DNA of 64,000 bases, from contig JBAZTY010000002.1 in assembly GCA_041661685.1 (NCBI GenBank), forward strand, positions 93,126 through 157,125, given 5' to 3'. The position numbers were made by a program, and so were the translations under genes. Positions 61,986 through 64,000 of this stretch are shown here, piece after piece; the first letter of the stretch is position 1, and each line of letters starts with the position of its first letter. Source of the stretch: Patescibacteria group bacterium (GTDB taxonomy: Bacteria > Patescibacteriota > Patescibacteriia > Patescibacteriales > UBA12465). The notes under the pieces were generated by a model that saw only the letters and a program-made list of their open reading frames with translations, searched no databases and was not told the origin of the DNA.

Positions 61986-63347
61986 TTATATCACATTTGA
62001 TTTAGAAAAGGTTCCGTCTTTAGGGATAATCATTTTTTTGACTAAAATAATTTTATTTTTTAGACATCCCAACAGTTCTCTTTTTTCCTTTGTTTCTCCG
62101 TCTCTCAAGATAAATTTTGCGTAGTTTTTTACGTCAATTTCTTTGATTGTTATTTGTTCCGTGGTTCCTGAAATAATTCTTTTAAATTTTTTAAATCTTT
62201 CAATTTCGGTTGTAATTTTTTCTCTAATTCCAATCTCATCGAGATCAATTTTGTCCATTAGAGTCTCGAATTGCTTAATAAGTGTTTCTTCGTCTATATA
62301 TCCTGCTTTACAGTTTTTATCTTTGAATTTAGTACACCCATAATAAACGTGGCGATGAATATCGCCATTTTTTAATTTCTTAAACTTTTCTTCGGCACTT
62401 ATTCCCGATCCGCATAGTCCGCAAGTCATGAGTTTAGTGAAAGCGAATTCCTTGTTTTCAGTTCTTGTTATATTATTTTTTACCTGTTTCTGCGCGGCAT
62501 CAAATAGCTCTTTAGTAATAATCGGTTCATGTCTTCCGGTATACCAATTGCCACTCTTTTTAGGGTATTCATAGACACCATAATAGAAGGAATTTTGTAG
62601 TATTAGGTAGACATTACTTAAAGTCAGGTTTTTGTTACCAAGGGTGCTTTTAAAGTTCAGGTCAAATTTTAACCAATTATATATTTTTCGACCACTCCAT
62701 TTTTCATAAGCCACCTTTTCAAATATTTGTTTGATAATTGGTGCTCGATCGGGATCGATCATGACATAGCCTTTTCTATCCACTCTTTTTTCGTTTAAAT
62801 ATCCGGTCGGAGCCGGAGCCGGCCATAGACCCATTTCACAGCGCATGCGTAGCCCTCTTTTAACATTAACGCTTTTATTATCATTCTCCAGTTTTGCCTG
62901 AGAGCATAAGATCATCAGAAGAAATTTTTCATTCGGTGAGTTTGTAAAGCGTTGTCCGTATGTCCTGATTTCCAATAGTAGTTTTTGATCCATTAAATCT
63001 ACGAGCGATCCCAGGTCTCCGGCATTCCTAGAAAGCCGATCGGGTGCCCAGGTGAGTATCCCAGTATATCTGCCACTCCTGATGTCATTAATAATCTCAT
63101 TAAAGACTGGGCGCTGGCTTGAATCCTTGGCCGAATGCGATTCTCTTCGGATATCGACAATATCAAGCTCGTCACGTTCGGCAATCTGCAACATCTCTTT
63201 AACCTGTGAATCTATTGATAGTGCCTGTCGCTCATCCTGTTCGCTAGACTTCCTGGCATATAAGCAATATTTAGCCTTTATAGGGACTGTAATAGCCCTC
63301 TGAGCCTCTATGGCCCCGATTGGTTGATGATTTTCCATATAACCCAT
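61986..63347 (-). CDS. large serine recombinase
   Basis: Resolvase catalytic domain (YCLYARKSSEQDERQALSIDSQ .. WAPDRLSRN), a recombinase domain, a zinc ribbon (CGLCGSGISAEE .. YYGCTKFKDKNC) and a C-terminal coiled coil. Convergent with the MTase, 1 nt apart. Confidence 0.88.
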   Translation of the reverse strand: MGYMENHQPIGAIEAQRAITVPIKAKYCLYARKSSEQDERQALSIDSQVKEMLQIAERDELDIVDIRRESHSAKDSSQRPVFNEIINDIRSGRYTGILTWAPDRLSRNAGDLGSLVDLMDQKLLLEIRTYGQRFTNSPNEKFLLMILCSQAKLENDNKSVNVKRGLRMRCEMGLWPAPAPTGYLNEKRVDRKGYVMIDPDRAPIIKQIFEKVAYEKWSGRKIYNWLKFDLNFKSTLGNKNLTLSNVYLILQNSFYYGVYEYPKKSGNWYTGRHEPIITKELFDAAQKQVKNNITRTENKEFAFTKLMTCGLCGSGISAEEKFKKLKNGDIHRHVYYGCTKFKDKNCKAGYIDEETLIKQFETLMDKIDLDEIGIREKITTEIERFKKFKRIISGTTEQITIKEIDVKNYAKFILRDGETKEKRELLGCLKNKIILVKKMIIPKDGTFSKSNVI

Positions 63348-63443
63348 TAATGACGCAATCCAATGGGGAAGTCCAGGTCCTATTGTCGGTAAACTGTTGG
63401 TAACTTTTCTTTACTTTTTGGCCATTTTAGGCTATATTTGAAG

Positions 63444-63574
63444 TGCAAAACTACATTTTAATATCGTGAGCTGATGCGCCATTATTTGGCTATTTTGCTT
63501 ATTTATGCACAGGAACGGGCACGCCGACCAGCATAAGTAAGCATCCTCACGGATACCGAAAATGTAGTTTTGCA
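63444..63574 (+). other. 131-nt long imperfect hairpin / inverted-repeat element (candidate structured RNA or recombinase-associated site)
   Basis: Perfect 16-bp outer stem tgcaaaactacatttt (63444-63459) / aaaatgtagttttgca (63559-63574). Inner helices are tatcgtgag/ctcacg(g)ata, gatgc/gcatc and gcttatttatgc/gcataagtaagc. The single wobble is U-G only on the + strand. Confidence 0.5.
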
Positions 63575-63645
63575 ACTAGGTCGGGTGTCCGTTTTTGTTT
63601 TAAATCGGACATCAGACATTCATAATTTATTAATTAAATAACCTT

Positions 63646-64000
63646 ATGAAAAAATGTCCCTTTTGTGCCGAAGAAATCCAGGATGAAGCAGTCAAATGCA
63701 GACATTGCTCATCCGATCTATTGTTTGGTGAAAACGTGGAGAATTCGATTAAATCAGTAGCTGGCGATGCGAAGAGTGGAAAAGTTAATACGTTAATCTG
63801 CAAGCAATGTGGTGGTGATATGGTAAAAAGAAGAGTCTTCGGCAGTATTACTTCTTCCTGTGTTCTGTTTGTCGTCGGCTTCATCGTTTCCATTTTTAAC
63901 GGAGTTATAGGCGGATTGATTTTGGTTATCAGTTTAATTATGGGTGTTGTCAAAGGATTTTCTTCCAAAAGATACTGGATCTGCAATAAGTGCAGCTATA
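63646..64000 (+). CDS. zinc-ribbon membrane protein (3' end outside window; not in the ORF track)
   Basis: Translation from the ATG at 63646 gives [34 protein letters not shown]..(TM helices [27 protein letters not shown])..WICNKCSY. It stays open to the window edge. Confidence 0.65.
   Translation, partial: MKKCPFCAEEIQDEAVKCRHCSSDLLFGENVENSIKSVAGDAKSGKVNTLICKQCGGDMVKRRVFGSITSSCVLFVVGFIVSIFNGVIGGLILVISLIMGVVKGFSSKRYWICNKCSY

Larger units (their letters stand above)
56498..63645. mobile_element. putative integrated genomic island (tRNA-Gln at one edge, large serine recombinase at the other)
   Basis: An abrupt shift to AT-richer sequence and AT-rich codon choice starts immediately after the tRNA. 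The cargo is a HerA-like, NurA-like and MTase operon. The recombinase gene lies at the distal end. Boundaries are approximate. Confidence 0.55.

Noticed and set aside
63365-63380. Short match to the tRNA-Gln 3' arm (tccaggtcc at 63372-63380 versus 56481-56489) as a possible attR direct repeat
   Set aside because: Only 9 contiguous nt match, and extension needs an indel. That is within chance for a 7-kb span. Serine recombinases do not generate long direct repeats. Worth re-testing only against an empty-site genome.
63474-63536. 20-codon ORF (MRHYLAILLIYAQERARRPA) inside the long hairpin as a type I toxin
   Set aside because: The hydrophobic stretch is only about 9 residues, too short for a membrane helix. 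There is no ribosome-binding site.
63630-63986. 118-aa minus-strand ORF from the track
   Set aside because: The opposite strand encodes a protein with clear CxxC zinc-ribbon pairs and TM helices. The minus-strand translation is featureless.
1-64000. Alternative genetic code (UGA=Gly as in some CPR lineages), CRISPR arrays, rRNA, and a diversity-generating retroelement targeting the surface proteins
   Set aside because: TGA terminates queA exactly at the conserved C-terminus, and the long ORFs need no recoding. I saw no regularly spaced direct repeats and no rRNA-like sequence. No reverse transcriptase ORF or template/variable repeat pair was evident by eye, although a computational repeat search would be needed to exclude the last.

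Overview
The window reads as a contiguous chromosomal segment of a small-genome, Patescibacteria/CPR-like bacterium. It uses the standard genetic code (queA ends in TGA). I found no rRNA genes and no CRISPR array. About 45 kb is housekeeping backbone: gyrA (3' part), mscL, rmuC, radC, an M16 peptidase, a UvrD-type helicase-nuclease, ruvB, queA, lepB, hisS, rpsU, an RSH (p)ppGpp enzyme, clpP, secDF, O-antigen-ligase and GT2 envelope genes, a prepilin peptidase, ftsA, ftsZ, nrdR-nrdD-nrdG, a VirD4/TraG-like ATPase, a DnaQ-like exonuclease, an FtsB-like protein, a DPBB-S11 carboxypeptidase fusion, ftsEX and three tRNAs. Two accessory regions stand out. (1) At 56.5-63.6 kb a visibly AT-richer island begins right after tRNA-Gln(TTG) and ends at a large serine recombinase. 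It carries a tightly coupled operon of a HerA-like ATPase, a NurA-like nuclease and an SPPY-type DNA methyltransferase. A G9 tract sits upstream of the operon and a C7 tract lies inside the methyltransferase. A 131-nt long hairpin element lies beside the recombinase. This is my best candidate for an undescribed, modification-linked defence system. (2) At 18.85-32.85 kb a 14-kb run of six secreted or membrane-anchored proteins includes 898-aa and 1940-aa proteins. Their N-termini are paralogous VirB2/TrbC-pilin-like membrane modules fused to Ig-like, extremely Cys-rich and FN3 regions. The run also holds a 982-aa protein with TSP1-like and CGDG Cys repeats and two proteins with TSP3-like calcium-binding repeats. 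Other observations: the class III RNR gene is split so that the glycyl-radical segment is a separate in-frame 45-codon ORF absent from the ORF track; tandem NrdR boxes overlap the nrdR promoter; and two tRNAs have a non-canonical T-loop. All functional calls rest on motifs read by eye. No database search, HMM or composition calculation could be run.
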